Source of the DNA: Pseudomonadota bacterium
GTDB taxonomy: Bacteria; Chloroflexota; UBA6077; JAJPGT01
DNA length: 64,000 nt
Assembly (NCBI GenBank): GCA_021325655.1
Contig: JAJPGT010000054.1
Coordinates: 16,124-80,123, forward strand
Direction of reading: 5' to 3'
Program-made: the position numbers and the translations under genes
Notes under the pieces: model-generated
Told to the model about the DNA's origin: nothing
The model's database searches: none
What the model saw: only the letters and a program-made list of their open reading frames with translations
Shown: one piece after another, positions 22,450 to 31,206 of the stretch
Position numbering within the stretch: position 1 is the first letter of the stretch
How the letters are laid out: each line of letters begins with the position of its first letter

Positions 22450-22675
22450 GGAATTTTCCCTCCAGAAATCGGATCGGTCGGCGTCCGGACCGCGCCGCCC
22501 GGTTCCAGCTCACGGGCGGGTACAGCACGACGCGTACCAGCCCAGCACGGTTGGAGCCAGCCGGACGAGGCGGCTGACGCTGCGCGCCGGCCGGGAGAGC
22601 CGATCTCGCCGGGAGATGGCGGGGGCGTGGACCTGCCCTCCCCACGCCCCATGCCGTTAGCGTCCGAGCCGGCGG

Positions 22676-24787
22676 CTACTTTGGCACCTGCGGCGCGGGC
22701 GCCTGGACCGCCGGGCCCGGGGTGGCAGGCAACGGGGCCGTGGGCGCGGCGCTCGCCGCCAGCACCTCGATCCGCCCGACCATGAAGGGATGCGGGGTGC
22801 AGTGGTAGGTGTAGACCCCCGGCGTGGTGAAGGTGAACGAGAAGCTCTGGCCGGTCTGCATCACCTTGGAGTCGAAGGTCGTCCCATCGTCAGAGGTGGC
22901 GCTGTGCGGGAAGGCGCCGTCCTGCTTCCAGGTGACGGTGGTGCCCACCGGGATCACCACGTTGGAGGGGTCGTACTTGAAGTTCACGATCTCGATGCTG
23001 TTCGTCTGCACTGGTGCGCCGATGATCGCCGCCTCTGGCTTGGTGGCTGGCGGCGGCGGCGCCGCGACCGGCCCGAGCGTGCCGGTGAGCGAGAACACCC
23101 AGAGCGTGTCGCCGCGCGGGTAATCGAGCTGGAAGTTGCCACCAGAGGCCACGGCGACGTACTCCTGCCCATCTACCTGGTACACCGAAGGCGCGGCGTT
23201 GGCGCCCGCGCCGGTCTGGAACTGCCAGAGCAGGTCGCCGGTCCTGGCGTCGTAGGCCTCGAAGTTGCCGTCGCCCTGCCCGGCGAACACCAGCCCGCCG
23301 GCGGTCGTGGTGGTGCCGCCGATCATCATGTACTTGCCTGGCTTCTGCCAGGCGATGCGGTTGGTATGAACATCGATCGCCGTGAGCGTACCAGAGGTCT
23401 CCTGGTCGGGCGGCGTGGTGAAGCTGCTACCCAGCTTCAGCTTGCCCTGCTCGATCTCCGAGGGGTTGTAGGTGAAGATCATCGGCTGGTTGATGCCATC
23501 CACGTAGACGTAGCCGGTGTCCGGGTTGTAGGAGATGGGCGACCACTCGTTGCCACCGTTGGCGCCCGGCAGGATCAGCACCGGCAGTTCCTCGAAGGGG
23601 GTGAAGATGGCGCCCTTCGGGTACGGCGATTGGAGGTTCCGGGCGTCCTGCGGAACGAAGGCGTCCCCTTGCGGGAACGGCTGCGTCTCGGCGGTCGCCT
23701 GGTGCGGATCCTGCGGCACCGGCTTCTCCACGATGGGCACCAGTGGCTGCCCGGTCACCCGGTCCAGCAGGTACACCCAGCCGGTCTTGCCGGCGTGCGC
23801 CAGCCCCTTGACCGGCTTGCCGTTGATGGTGGTGTCGAACAGCACCGCCGGGCTGGTAGCGTCGTAGTCCCAGATATCGTGGTGGACCGTCTGGTAGTGC
23901 CAGCGGTAGGCACCGGTGTGGACATCCAGCGCGACGATCGACTCGGTGTACAGGTTGTCGCCAGCGCGCACCGTCCCATCCAGGTCCGGGCCCGGGTTGC
24001 CAACAGTGAGGTACAGCAGCCCTAGGTCGGGGTCGATCGCTGGAGTCATCCACATCGAGCCGCCGCCGTGCTTGTAGATGTCGCCGGGCGGCCAGGTCTC
24101 GCTGCCAGGCTCTCCCGGGGCCGGGATGGTGTACCAGCGCCAGACCTGGGCCCCGGTATCGGCGTTGTACGCGGTCACGTAGCCGCGATTCTCATACTCC
24201 GCGCCGGAGATGCCGATGATGACCATCCCGTCGAAGTACTGCGGCGCCATCGTCTCGCTGTAACCGTCCGCGGTGGAGCCGACCTCGACATCCCACACCT
24301 TGGCGCCGGACTGCTGGTCGAGCGCGACGAGGTGGCCGTTGACCTCGCCGACGAACACCTTCCCGCTGCCCACCGCGACACCGCGGTTGACCAGGCCGCA
24401 GCAGACGGCGACCTTGTCGGTGTCGATGTTCGGATGGTACTCCCAGAGCACCTGGCCGTTCTTCGCGTCGAGCGCCCACACGTCGTCACGGCCCGAGGTG
24501 AGGTACATCACGCCGTTGATGACGACCGGGGTTGACTCAAAGGAGCTACTCTTGTCGCCGAATTTGGCGTGGAACGTCCAGGCGCCCTTGAGGTTCTTGA
24601 CGTTGCTCGTATTGATCTGGGTAAGCGTGGAGTAGCGCTGGTTGTAGTAGCTACCACCGTAGTTCGGCCAATCGGCGCCCGGCGGGGGTGGGGGCACCTG
24701 GCCCGGGCTCGCCGCGGCGGGAACGGCCAGTGCCAGCGCCGCGCACAGCGAGAGTACAACGATCCTGATCGCCATCCGAGGTTGCAT
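22676..24787 (-). CDS. PQQ-dependent (quinoprotein) alcohol dehydrogenase-type beta-propeller fused to a C-terminal amicyanin-like cupredoxin domain; secreted
   Basis: The protein starts with a signal peptide (MQPRMAIRIVVLSLCAALALAVPAAA). It carries quinoprotein motifs (WPNYGGSYYNQRYS, the vicinal CC in KVAVCCGLVNRGVAV, and W-rich propeller repeats). The last ~110 aa read VGTTVTWKQDGAFPHSAT...GVYTYHCTPHPFMVGRIEV, which contains the type-1 copper ligands H...C-x2-H-x2-M. GGAGG lies upstream of ATG 24787. Confidence 0.9.
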   Translation of the reverse strand: MQPRMAIRIVVLSLCAALALAVPAAASPGQVPPPPPGADWPNYGGSYYNQRYSTLTQINTSNVKNLKGAWTFHAKFGDKSSSFESTPVVINGVMYLTSGRDDVWALDAKNGQVLWEYHPNIDTDKVAVCCGLVNRGVAVGSGKVFVGEVNGHLVALDQQSGAKVWDVEVGSTADGYSETMAPQYFDGMVIIGISGAEYENRGYVTAYNADTGAQVWRWYTIPAPGEPGSETWPPGDIYKHGGGSMWMTPAIDPDLGLLYLTVGNPGPDLDGTVRAGDNLYTESIVALDVHTGAYRWHYQTVHHDIWDYDATSPAVLFDTTINGKPVKGLAHAGKTGWVYLLDRVTGQPLVPIVEKPVPQDPHQATAETQPFPQGDAFVPQDARNLQSPYPKGAIFTPFEELPVLILPGANGGNEWSPISYNPDTGYVYVDGINQPMIFTYNPSEIEQGKLKLGSSFTTPPDQETSGTLTAIDVHTNRIAWQKPGKYMMIGGTTTTAGGLVFAGQGDGNFEAYDARTGDLLWQFQTGAGANAAPSVYQVDGQEYVAVASGGNFQLDYPRGDTLWVFSLTGTLGPVAAPPPPATKPEAAIIGAPVQTNSIEIVNFKYDPSNVVIPVGTTVTWKQDGAFPHSATSDDGTTFDSKVMQTGQSFSFTFTTPGVYTYHCTPHPFMVGRIEVLAASAAPTAPLPATPGPAVQAPAPQVPK

Positions 24788-25088
24788 ACTCGCGCCTCCA
24801 CATCATGCGTCGCGTCCCTGCGGACACGAAATCAGGTAGGCCGAAACACTTTCCCCCCTTTCGCTCTCAGCCGCTCTATGAGCAGCAATGCACCTCCCGC
24901 GCTCCAGCATAGCAGTCTCAGCGGAAGACGGCTTATCCTGCCGCGGCGGTTCCACGCTGGTGCCGAGGAATCGGCGGTTCTGGGCCCCGCTCCCGTTCGG
25001 AACCGTTCATAATTGAGCGAGCAGATACTCTGGCGAGCAGAGCCACGAGCGGCTCTGCTCTGGTGCGAGACGCCAAGGAGTACGCCCG

Positions 25089-25583
25089 ATGACGACGGCC
25101 AGTCCAGCCGTTACCGTGTACACCACCTCGACTTGACCCTGGTGTGTCCGAGCGAAGGAGTTCCTTCGCCAGCACAACATCCCGTTCGTCGAGCGGAACA
25201 TCGAGCAGGACCGCGCTGCCCAGATGGAGGTCTATCGCATGACCGGGCAGCTCGGGGTGCCGGTTATTGCCGACGACCAGGAGGCGATCATCGGCTTCAA
25301 TGTCCCGCGGCTGCAGCAGCTTGCGGCGCGCCATTTCCGGCCGCGGCTGGGGCTGCTCGTTGCCCCGGCAGAGGAGGGCGTGCGTATTGGCGCGGTGCGG
25401 CCGGACACCGTGGCCGCCCGGGCCGGGCTCCAGCCGGGCGACATCGTGGTCGAGCTGTCGGGCGCGCCGGTGAAGACACCGGACGACCTGGAGCGCATTG
25501 CCAGCAAGATGCGGCCCGGCACGCCGACCAGTATCATGGTGCTCCGCGGCGGAGAACGTCTGACCTTGATCCTCCGTCCCTAG
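25089..25583 (+). CDS. glutaredoxin/NrdH-like domain fused to a PDZ domain; in-frame TGA (25134-25136) at the first Cys position of the CxxC motif (candidate selenocysteine, or else a pseudogene)
   Basis: AAGGAG (25075-25080) precedes ATG 25089. The frame reads MTTASPAVTVYTTST-TGA-PWCVRAKEFLRQHNIPFVERNIEQDRAAQMEVYRMTGQLGVPVIADDQEAIIGFN... and is continuous with track ORF 25224..25583, which carries PDZ-like GVRIGAVRPDTVAARAGLQPGDIVVELSG. Confidence 0.65.
25152..25169 (+). promoter_or_regulatory. SECIS-like hairpin GCGAAGG-AGUU-CCUUCGC, 15 nt 3' of the in-frame UGA
   Basis: A perfect 7-bp stem with a 4-nt loop that contains G and U. The loop starts 22 nt after the UGA. Assigning it as a SECIS is inference. 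Confidence 0.4.
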
Positions 25584-25636
25584 TACAGTAAGCGCCAGGC
25601 CTCGAGCCGGACGCAGCTTGAGCACACAGCACACGG

Positions 25637-27070
25637 GTGGGCAGGTCCAACGTGAGTGTTCATGGCAGCGCTGTCAACCAGGGCTTTCCCCAGCAGTTGG
25701 ATCTCGCGGCGCGGCTGGACCGCGTTCCGCTGAGCGGCTTCCACCGCCGGCTCGTGCTCCTCAGCGGGCTGGGCTGGATGTTCGACGCGATGGACATCCT
25801 GATCCTCGGCTCGGTCCTGGCAGCGGTTGGCCGGCAGTGGGGGCTCGACCCCGGCACCACCGCGCTGATCAACTCGATCAATCTGCTCGGGATGTTCGTC
25901 GGCGCCACGGTGGCAGGCACGCTGGCCGACCGCTACGGGCGGCGAGCACTCTTCCAGACCACGCTCCTGGTCTACAGCCTGTTCACCGGGCTGTCGGCGC
26001 TGGCCTATAACGCGGTGAGCCTGATGGTGCTGCGCTTCCTGGCCGGGCTGGGGCTGGGGGGCGAGCTGCCGGTCGCCAGCACACTCGTATCGGAGTTTGC
26101 CCCGACCAAGAACCGCGGCCGGCTCGTCGTCCTGCTGGAGAGCTTCTGGGCGTTCGGCTCGGTGCTGGCGGCCCTGGTCGGCTATCTGGTGATCCCCAGT
26201 CTGGGCTGGCAGGCGGCGTTCCTGATCGGGGCGCTGCCGGCGTTGTACGTGTTCGTTCTGCGCCAGGGTATTCCAGAGTCGCCCCGCTACCTGCTCGCCC
26301 GCGGCCGCCGCGCCGAGGCCGAGGCGGTCGTCGCCCGAGTGGAGCGCGACGCCGGCCTGGCCAGGGGATCGAAGAACCGGCGCATCGTCCCGCCCCGGCC
26401 GCCGCTGGCCCCTCCGCGCGCGAGCGGCCCCGGCCTCGGGACGCTGTTCAGCCCGCTCTACCTGCGCCGGACGCTGGTGCTCTGGGTGCTCTGGGCGACG
26501 ATGAACTTCTCCTACTACGGCATCTTCCTCTGGCTGCCCACCCAGTTCGTTCGCAAGGGCTTCTCGCTCGACCAGGCGCTGCTGTTCAACCTGATCGTCG
26601 CGGTCGCCCAGATCCCCGGCTACTTCGCCGCCGCCTGGCTGGTAGAGCAGTGGGGCCGGCGGATCACCCTGGTGGTCTTCCTGGCGCTGTGCGCTGTCGG
26701 CGCCTGGGGCTTTGGCCAGGTCACCTTGCCGGAACACCTGGGGGCTGAGTCGATCCCGGCCATTCTGGGCTGGGGCTCGGTGATCTCCTTCTTCAATCTG
26801 GGCGCCTGGGGGGTGGTGTACAGCTACACCCCGGAGCTGTACCCGACCACGCTACGTGCCGCTGGTGCCGGGGCAGCGACAGCGTTTGGCCGGCTCTGGG
26901 CGATCCTGGCGCCGCTGTCGATCCCGCTGCAGCTTGGACTGTTCGGCTCCCAGGCCAATGTCTTCCTCGCCTTCATGGCGATCATGGTGATTGGCGCGGT
27001 CGTCGTCCTGCTGTTCGGCATCGAAACCCGCGGCCGCTCGCTGGAGGAGCTCGCCGCCGCGCCCGCGTAA
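25637..27070 (+). CDS. MFS transporter (sugar-porter/SV2-like metabolite transporter)
   Basis: 12-TM pattern with the GRRALF loop (LADRYGRRALFQ), ESPRYL and a second-half repeat. The start is uncertain (GTG 25637 or GTG 25652). Confidence 0.85.
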   Translation: MGRSNVSVHGSAVNQGFPQQLDLAARLDRVPLSGFHRRLVLLSGLGWMFDAMDILILGSVLAAVGRQWGLDPGTTALINSINLLGMFVGATVAGTLADRYGRRALFQTTLLVYSLFTGLSALAYNAVSLMVLRFLAGLGLGGELPVASTLVSEFAPTKNRGRLVVLLESFWAFGSVLAALVGYLVIPSLGWQAAFLIGALPALYVFVLRQGIPESPRYLLARGRRAEAEAVVARVERDAGLARGSKNRRIVPPRPPLAPPRASGPGLGTLFSPLYLRRTLVLWVLWATMNFSYYGIFLWLPTQFVRKGFSLDQALLFNLIVAVAQIPGYFAAAWLVEQWGRRITLVVFLALCAVGAWGFGQVTLPEHLGAESIPAILGWGSVISFFNLGAWGVVYSYTPELYPTTLRAAGAGAATAFGRLWAILAPLSIPLQLGLFGSQANVFLAFMAIMVIGAVVVLLFGIETRGRSLEELAAAPA

Positions 27071-27143
27071 GCCGCACCTCCGCCCGTTGCGCAGCCAGCG
27101 CCGGCCGGGCCAGCCGTGCCCCGGGTGCCACCGCCTGGGTACG

Positions 27144-29567
27144 ATGAGGCGTACAGACGCGAGGGCGGGGATGGTGGACGACGAGCGCCCGCGCTTGACC
27201 GACGCGCTGCGAGCACTGGCCCGGCTGGGCTCCGGGGCGCGACCGGAGCTGGGGCTGAGCGAGGCGGAGCAGCGGCTGCTGCGGCGGCTGGCGCACTTGG
27301 ACGAGACGTTTTGGACAGCCGAGGAGCGGCGCGAGGTCTGGCGGCTGGTGCGTCGGTGCGCGGAGCCGCTGGCGGCGCGCGGGATCGACGTCGATCTGAT
27401 TGCCACCGAGCCGGCGACGCCCAGCCAGCCACCGGGGGTGCTGCGCCGACGGGCCGCTGGCGAGGCCCACGGCGACGAACGCGAGCGCGTGCTGCGCCGA
27501 ACGGCGCGACCGCCCGCGCCGGTGGCGGCGGAGGCGCTGCCCGTTGCCCCAGCACGCTGGAGCGCCCGGGCGGTGCTCGGGCCAGAGGGCGCCATCGCCC
27601 GCCGTCTGCCTGGCTACGAGCTTCGCGAGCAACAGCTTCGGATGGCCGAGCTGGTCGAGCGGGCGATCACCGAGGGGAAGCACGCGGTGATCGAGGCCGG
27701 GACGGGCACCGGCAAGAGCCTCGGCTACCTGGTGCCTGGCCTGCTGTCCGGCAGGCGGATGATCGTCAGCACCGCCAACAAGTCGCTCCAGGAGCAGCTC
27801 GCCCGCAAGGACGTTCCGTTTCTGCAGGCAGCGCTCCCGCGGCGCTTCAACGCGGTCGTCCTGAAGGGCCGGGGGAACTACCTGTGCCTGCTGCGCCTGG
27901 GGGAGCTGCGCGACCGGCTCGCCGGCCGCCTGCGCGACGACGCCGCGTTTCGCACCCAGGAGGCCGCGCGCGCCTGGCCGCGCCTGGAGGACTGGTCGCG
28001 CCGCACCGGCAGCGGCGATCTGGAGGAGGCGCCCTTCGGGGTGCCGGACGACCTGAAGGAGCTGGTTACGGTCGACGCCGAGTCCTGCCTGGGCGCCCGC
28101 TGCCCGCTGCGGGGCAACTGCTTCGCCGAGCAGGCCAGGACTCAGGCACGAGAGGCCGACCTGGTGATCGTGAACCATTGGCTGCTGCTCAGCGACCTGG
28201 CACTGCGCCAGAGCGCGGGTGAGCAGGTCGCGGCGCTCCCCGACGCTCCGCTCCTGGTGGTGGACGAGGCTCAGCACCTGGAGGACTGCGCCACCGACAC
28301 GCTTGGCACCCAGGTGTCGCTCGGCCGCTGGGAGCGGCTGGCCCGACGGCTGGAGGCGCTGACGCTGCGCCACCCGGCAGTGGTGAAGGCGGCGGAGGAG
28401 AGCGAGGAGCGTGAGCGCGCCGAGCAGTGGCGGCTGAGGGCGGCCGCCCTGGGCAGCGTGCTGGCGGGCGTGCTGGATCAGCTCCAGGCTCGACTGGAGC
28501 GCAGCCGCGCCAGTAGCCAGCGACTCGGCGACGAGCGCTCCCTGGCGCGTGGCGCGCTGGCGGCGCTGGAGCAGCTTGGAGAGGAGCTGGCGGTGGGGAC
28601 GCCGTTCTGGCTCAGCGAGGAGCAGCGGGACGACTGGGCGAAGCTCGCCGAGCAGGTGGCCCGCCTGGCGGAGGACCTGGAGCTGCTCGTCACGCCCGGT
28701 GACGAGCAGGCGCTGGTCCGCTTCGCCGCCTTCGAGGCCGGCGGCGCGCGCCGCCGGCTGGTGCTGTATGCCCGCCCGATCGACGTGAGCGGGGCGCTCC
28801 GCGAGCAGCTCTTCGGGGCGTTCCCCACGGTGATCGCCACTTCGGCGACGCTGGCCACGGAGGGCGGCTTCGGCTACTGGCGCGCGCGCGTCGGGCTGGA
28901 CCAGGCGTTGGAGCTGGTGCTCGGCTCGCCGTTCGACGTGCAGGCCAACGCGCTGCTCTACCTGCCGCCCGACGGCGCGCGCCTCGACCCCGCCCGCGCC
29001 CGCGCCCGGGGCGAGGTGGACTACCTGGAGGCGCTGGCGGACGAGATCGCGCAGCTCCTGGATGCCAGTGATGGCCGCGCCTTCTGCCTGTTCAGCAGCA
29101 ACCGGGCGCTGGACGAGGTGTACCGCCGGCTGAGGCCCCGGCTGCACTGGCTCACGCTACGCCAGGGGGAGGGCTCGCGGCCAGAGCTGCTCCGCCGCTT
29201 CAAGGAGGATGGCCGCGCGGTGCTGTTCGGGCTCAAGAGCTTCTGGGAGGGCGTGGATGTGCAGGGTGAGGCGCTCAGCCTGGTCGTCATCGACAAGCTG
29301 CCCTTCCCGCCGCCCGATGACCCGGTCTGGGCGGCCCGCTGCGCCGTAGCCAGGGACTGGTTCAACGAGCTGGCGCTGCCCTACGCCACCCTCCAGCTCA
29401 AGCAGGGCTTCGGTCGGCTCCTCCGCACTCGCGGTGACCGGGGCGTCGTCGCGCTGCTCGACGGCCGCCTCACCACCCGGGAGTATGGCGCCCGGATCCT
29501 GCGGGCGCTGCCGCCCGCCAGCCGGACCCGCGACATCGCGCAGGTGCGGGCCTTCTTCGGTGGCTAG
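27144..29567 (+). CDS. DinG/XPD-family ATP-dependent DNA helicase (Fe-S type) with a ~180-aa N-terminal extension
   Basis: Contains AVIEAGTGTGKSLGYLVP (Walker A), a four-Cys cluster (YLCLL...ESCLGARCPLRGNCF), VVDEAQHLED (DEAH-like) and C-terminal FWEGVDVQGEALSLVVIDKLPF...QGFGRLLR. I trimmed the start because the track ORF overlaps the preceding MFS gene; ATG 27144 or ATG 27171. Confidence 0.85.
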   Translation: MRRTDARAGMVDDERPRLTDALRALARLGSGARPELGLSEAEQRLLRRLAHLDETFWTAEERREVWRLVRRCAEPLAARGIDVDLIATEPATPSQPPGVLRRRAAGEAHGDERERVLRRTARPPAPVAAEALPVAPARWSARAVLGPEGAIARRLPGYELREQQLRMAELVERAITEGKHAVIEAGTGTGKSLGYLVPGLLSGRRMIVSTANKSLQEQLARKDVPFLQAALPRRFNAVVLKGRGNYLCLLRLGELRDRLAGRLRDDAAFRTQEAARAWPRLEDWSRRTGSGDLEEAPFGVPDDLKELVTVDAESCLGARCPLRGNCFAEQARTQAREADLVIVNHWLLLSDLALRQSAGEQVAALPDAPLLVVDEAQHLEDCATDTLGTQVSLGRWERLARRLEALTLRHPAVVKAAEESEERERAEQWRLRAAALGSVLAGVLDQLQARLERSRASSQRLGDERSLARGALAALEQLGEELAVGTPFWLSEEQRDDWAKLAEQVARLAEDLELLVTPGDEQALVRFAAFEAGGARRRLVLYARPIDVSGALREQLFGAFPTVIATSATLATEGGFGYWRARVGLDQALELVLGSPFDVQANALLYLPPDGARLDPARARARGEVDYLEALADEIAQLLDASDGRAFCLFSSNRALDEVYRRLRPRLHWLTLRQGEGSRPELLRRFKEDGRAVLFGLKSFWEGVDVQGEALSLVVIDKLPFPPPDDPVWAARCAVARDWFNELALPYATLQLKQGFGRLLRTRGDRGVVALLDGRLTTREYGARILRALPPASRTRDIAQVRAFFGG

Positions 29568-29590
29568 CCACGGGCGAGCGACGCGGGTCG

Positions 29591-30097
29591 TCAGCGGGCC
29601 TGGGTCCACTCGGTCTCGATCGTCGGCGGGTGGGTGAGCGTCTGCATTACGACGCAGTACTGCTCGGTCTTCTCCCGCAGGGCGGCGAGCTGCTCCGGCG
29701 TCGCTTCGGGGGCAGCGACCTCGAAGCGGACCCGGATCTGCTCGAACCCCACCGGCACATCTCTGGCGATGCCGAGCGTCCCGCGCAGGTCCAGCTCGCC
29801 GTTTACCACCACCTCGACCCACTCGATCGGGATGCCCATCGCGGCGGCGACCATCTGGCAGGTAATCTGGGCGCAGGCTGCCAGCGCTCCGAGCAGCAGG
29901 TCGCCGGAGCAGGCGGCGGTTCCCGCGCCGCCGACCCCGCTATGAGCCTGGGCGGCGTAGATCGCCCGGCCGATATCGACCGAGCAGGCGATCGGGCTAT
30001 CGGCCTGGCTGCCCCGGGCGGTCAGGGTGATCCGAGCGCTACCCGGAACCTGGCGGTAGCGCTCCTTGAGCGGCCGCTGAAGGGTTCGCAGGTCCAT
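29591..30097 (-). CDS. OsmC/Ohr family peroxiredoxin-like protein
   Basis: GDLLLGALAACAQITCQMVAAAMGI...TEQYCVVMQTL follows the OsmC two-Cys pattern. The start is ATG 30097 with GAGGAG 9 nt upstream. Confidence 0.85.
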   Translation of the reverse strand: MDLRTLQRPLKERYRQVPGSARITLTARGSQADSPIACSVDIGRAIYAAQAHSGVGGAGTAACSGDLLLGALAACAQITCQMVAAAMGIPIEWVEVVVNGELDLRGTLGIARDVPVGFEQIRVRFEVAAPEATPEQLAALREKTEQYCVVMQTLTHPPTIETEWTQAR

Positions 30098-30240
30098 AGA
30101 GACTGTCTCCTCATGCACGGAGCGCAGCGTGACGTCAGGTATAGTGAGCAACGCGCCCGCGCTCCAGTGTACGCCCGTTTGCGGTACTATGCAGCGATGT
30201 CGTCACGGAGCGCGCTCCGGTAGCGCTCCGCGGAGGAGGC

Positions 30241-30774
30241 GTGATGATCGCCCCTGAGCCAGCCGCGACGCTCGAGCCAGCCGAGGTGCTCGGCACGGTG
30301 GAAGCAATCTATCTGGCGCCTGCGGCCGGCGGGCCGATGCAAGCGGTCGAGCAAGCGCTGGCCGTCGCCGGCCGTGGGCTGGAGGGCGACCGTTACTTCC
30401 ACGGCGTCGGCACCTATTCGGCCACGCCGGGCACCGGGCGGCATCTGACGATGATCGATGCCACGGTGCTGGAGGCGCTGGCGTCAGAGCTCGGGCTGGC
30501 CCTAGGCCCGGGCGAGAGCCGGCGCAATCTGGTGGTGCGCGGGGTCGAGCTGCTCACCCTGGTCGGCCGCCGCGTCTGGGTGGGCGAGGCGCTCTGTGAG
30601 GGCGTGCGGGACTGCCCGCCGTGCAGCCACCTGGAGCAGCTTACCCGGCCGGGCGTCTTGAAGGCGCTGGTCGGCCGGGGCGGGCTGCGGCTGCATGTGC
30701 TCCGGAGCGGGGTCATTCGGCGTGGGGACCCGATCCGCGCTGCCCTCGCACCGCCGGAGTGTGGCGCAGAGTAG
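30241..30774 (+). CDS. MOSC domain-containing protein
   Basis: GLEGDRYFH...HLTMIDATVLEAL...RRNLVVRGVEL...GEALCEGVRDCPPCSHLE has the MOSC beta-barrel with its conserved Cys. Confidence 0.8.
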   Translation: MMIAPEPAATLEPAEVLGTVEAIYLAPAAGGPMQAVEQALAVAGRGLEGDRYFHGVGTYSATPGTGRHLTMIDATVLEALASELGLALGPGESRRNLVVRGVELLTLVGRRVWVGEALCEGVRDCPPCSHLEQLTRPGVLKALVGRGGLRLHVLRSGVIRRGDPIRAALAPPECGAE

Positions 30775-30918
30775 CGCCGGCGGGCGTGTTCCGAACACAG
30801 CCATTGGCTACCATACAGCGGGCGACTCAGCAGCGTGGCTGAGCCGCGACGCCGACGACACGGCGCAGCGGTGAAAGAGATGGAGACCAACGCTATTCAG
30901 CGGGGCGGCCGGTAGGTC

Positions 30919-31173
30919 GTGCGCTGCTGGGTCTGCGGAGCGGCGGCTGAAGGGTCTTGTCGCTTCTGTGGCCGAGGCATTTGTAAAGCGCATGCCCGAA
31001 CGCGCGCCTTCCTGTTTGAGACCTGGGAAGACGAGGGGGCGCTGCGGGGGCTCGCAGTGGAGGATGCGCTCCACTGCGGCGTGTGCAAAGTGCGGCCGGA
31101 GCCGATGGACCTCGAATTCCTGCGCGGGCGGCAGATGCAGGACAAGGGCGGCAAAGCGCCGGACCACCCCTGA
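30919..31173 (+). CDS. small Cys-rich zinc-ribbon protein (DUF2180-like)
   Basis: 84 aa with a GTG start. MRCWVCGAAAEGSCRFCGRGICKAHA...HCGVCKV gives CxxC-x7-CxxC-x4-C-x2-H plus a distal CxxC. The gene ends 33 nt before the next gene on the same strand. Confidence 0.5.
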   Translation: MRCWVCGAAAEGSCRFCGRGICKAHARTRAFLFETWEDEGALRGLAVEDALHCGVCKVRPEPMDLEFLRGRQMQDKGGKAPDHP

Positions 31174-31206
31174 AGCCTGGCTGAGCGTGGACAAGGTGGG
31201 CCTCCG

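Noticed and set aside
25037-25058. Hairpin GCAGAGCC-acgagc-GGCTCTGC and a longer GGTTCC...GGAACC pairing (about 24945-25005) in the 5' region of the glutaredoxin-PDZ gene. Considered as a riboswitch or small RNA.
   Set aside because: I cannot match it to any riboswitch consensus I know. The 8-bp stem is unremarkable in this GC content, and there is no supporting promoter or terminator pair. It is worth including if the Sec hypothesis is followed up, but is not a feature on present evidence.
25013-25591. Track ORF 25013..25591 (+, 192 aa), which overlaps the glutaredoxin-PDZ gene in another frame.
   Set aside because: Its translation is Arg/Gly/Ala/Pro low-complexity with no motifs. The overlapping frame carries clear Grx and PDZ patterns.
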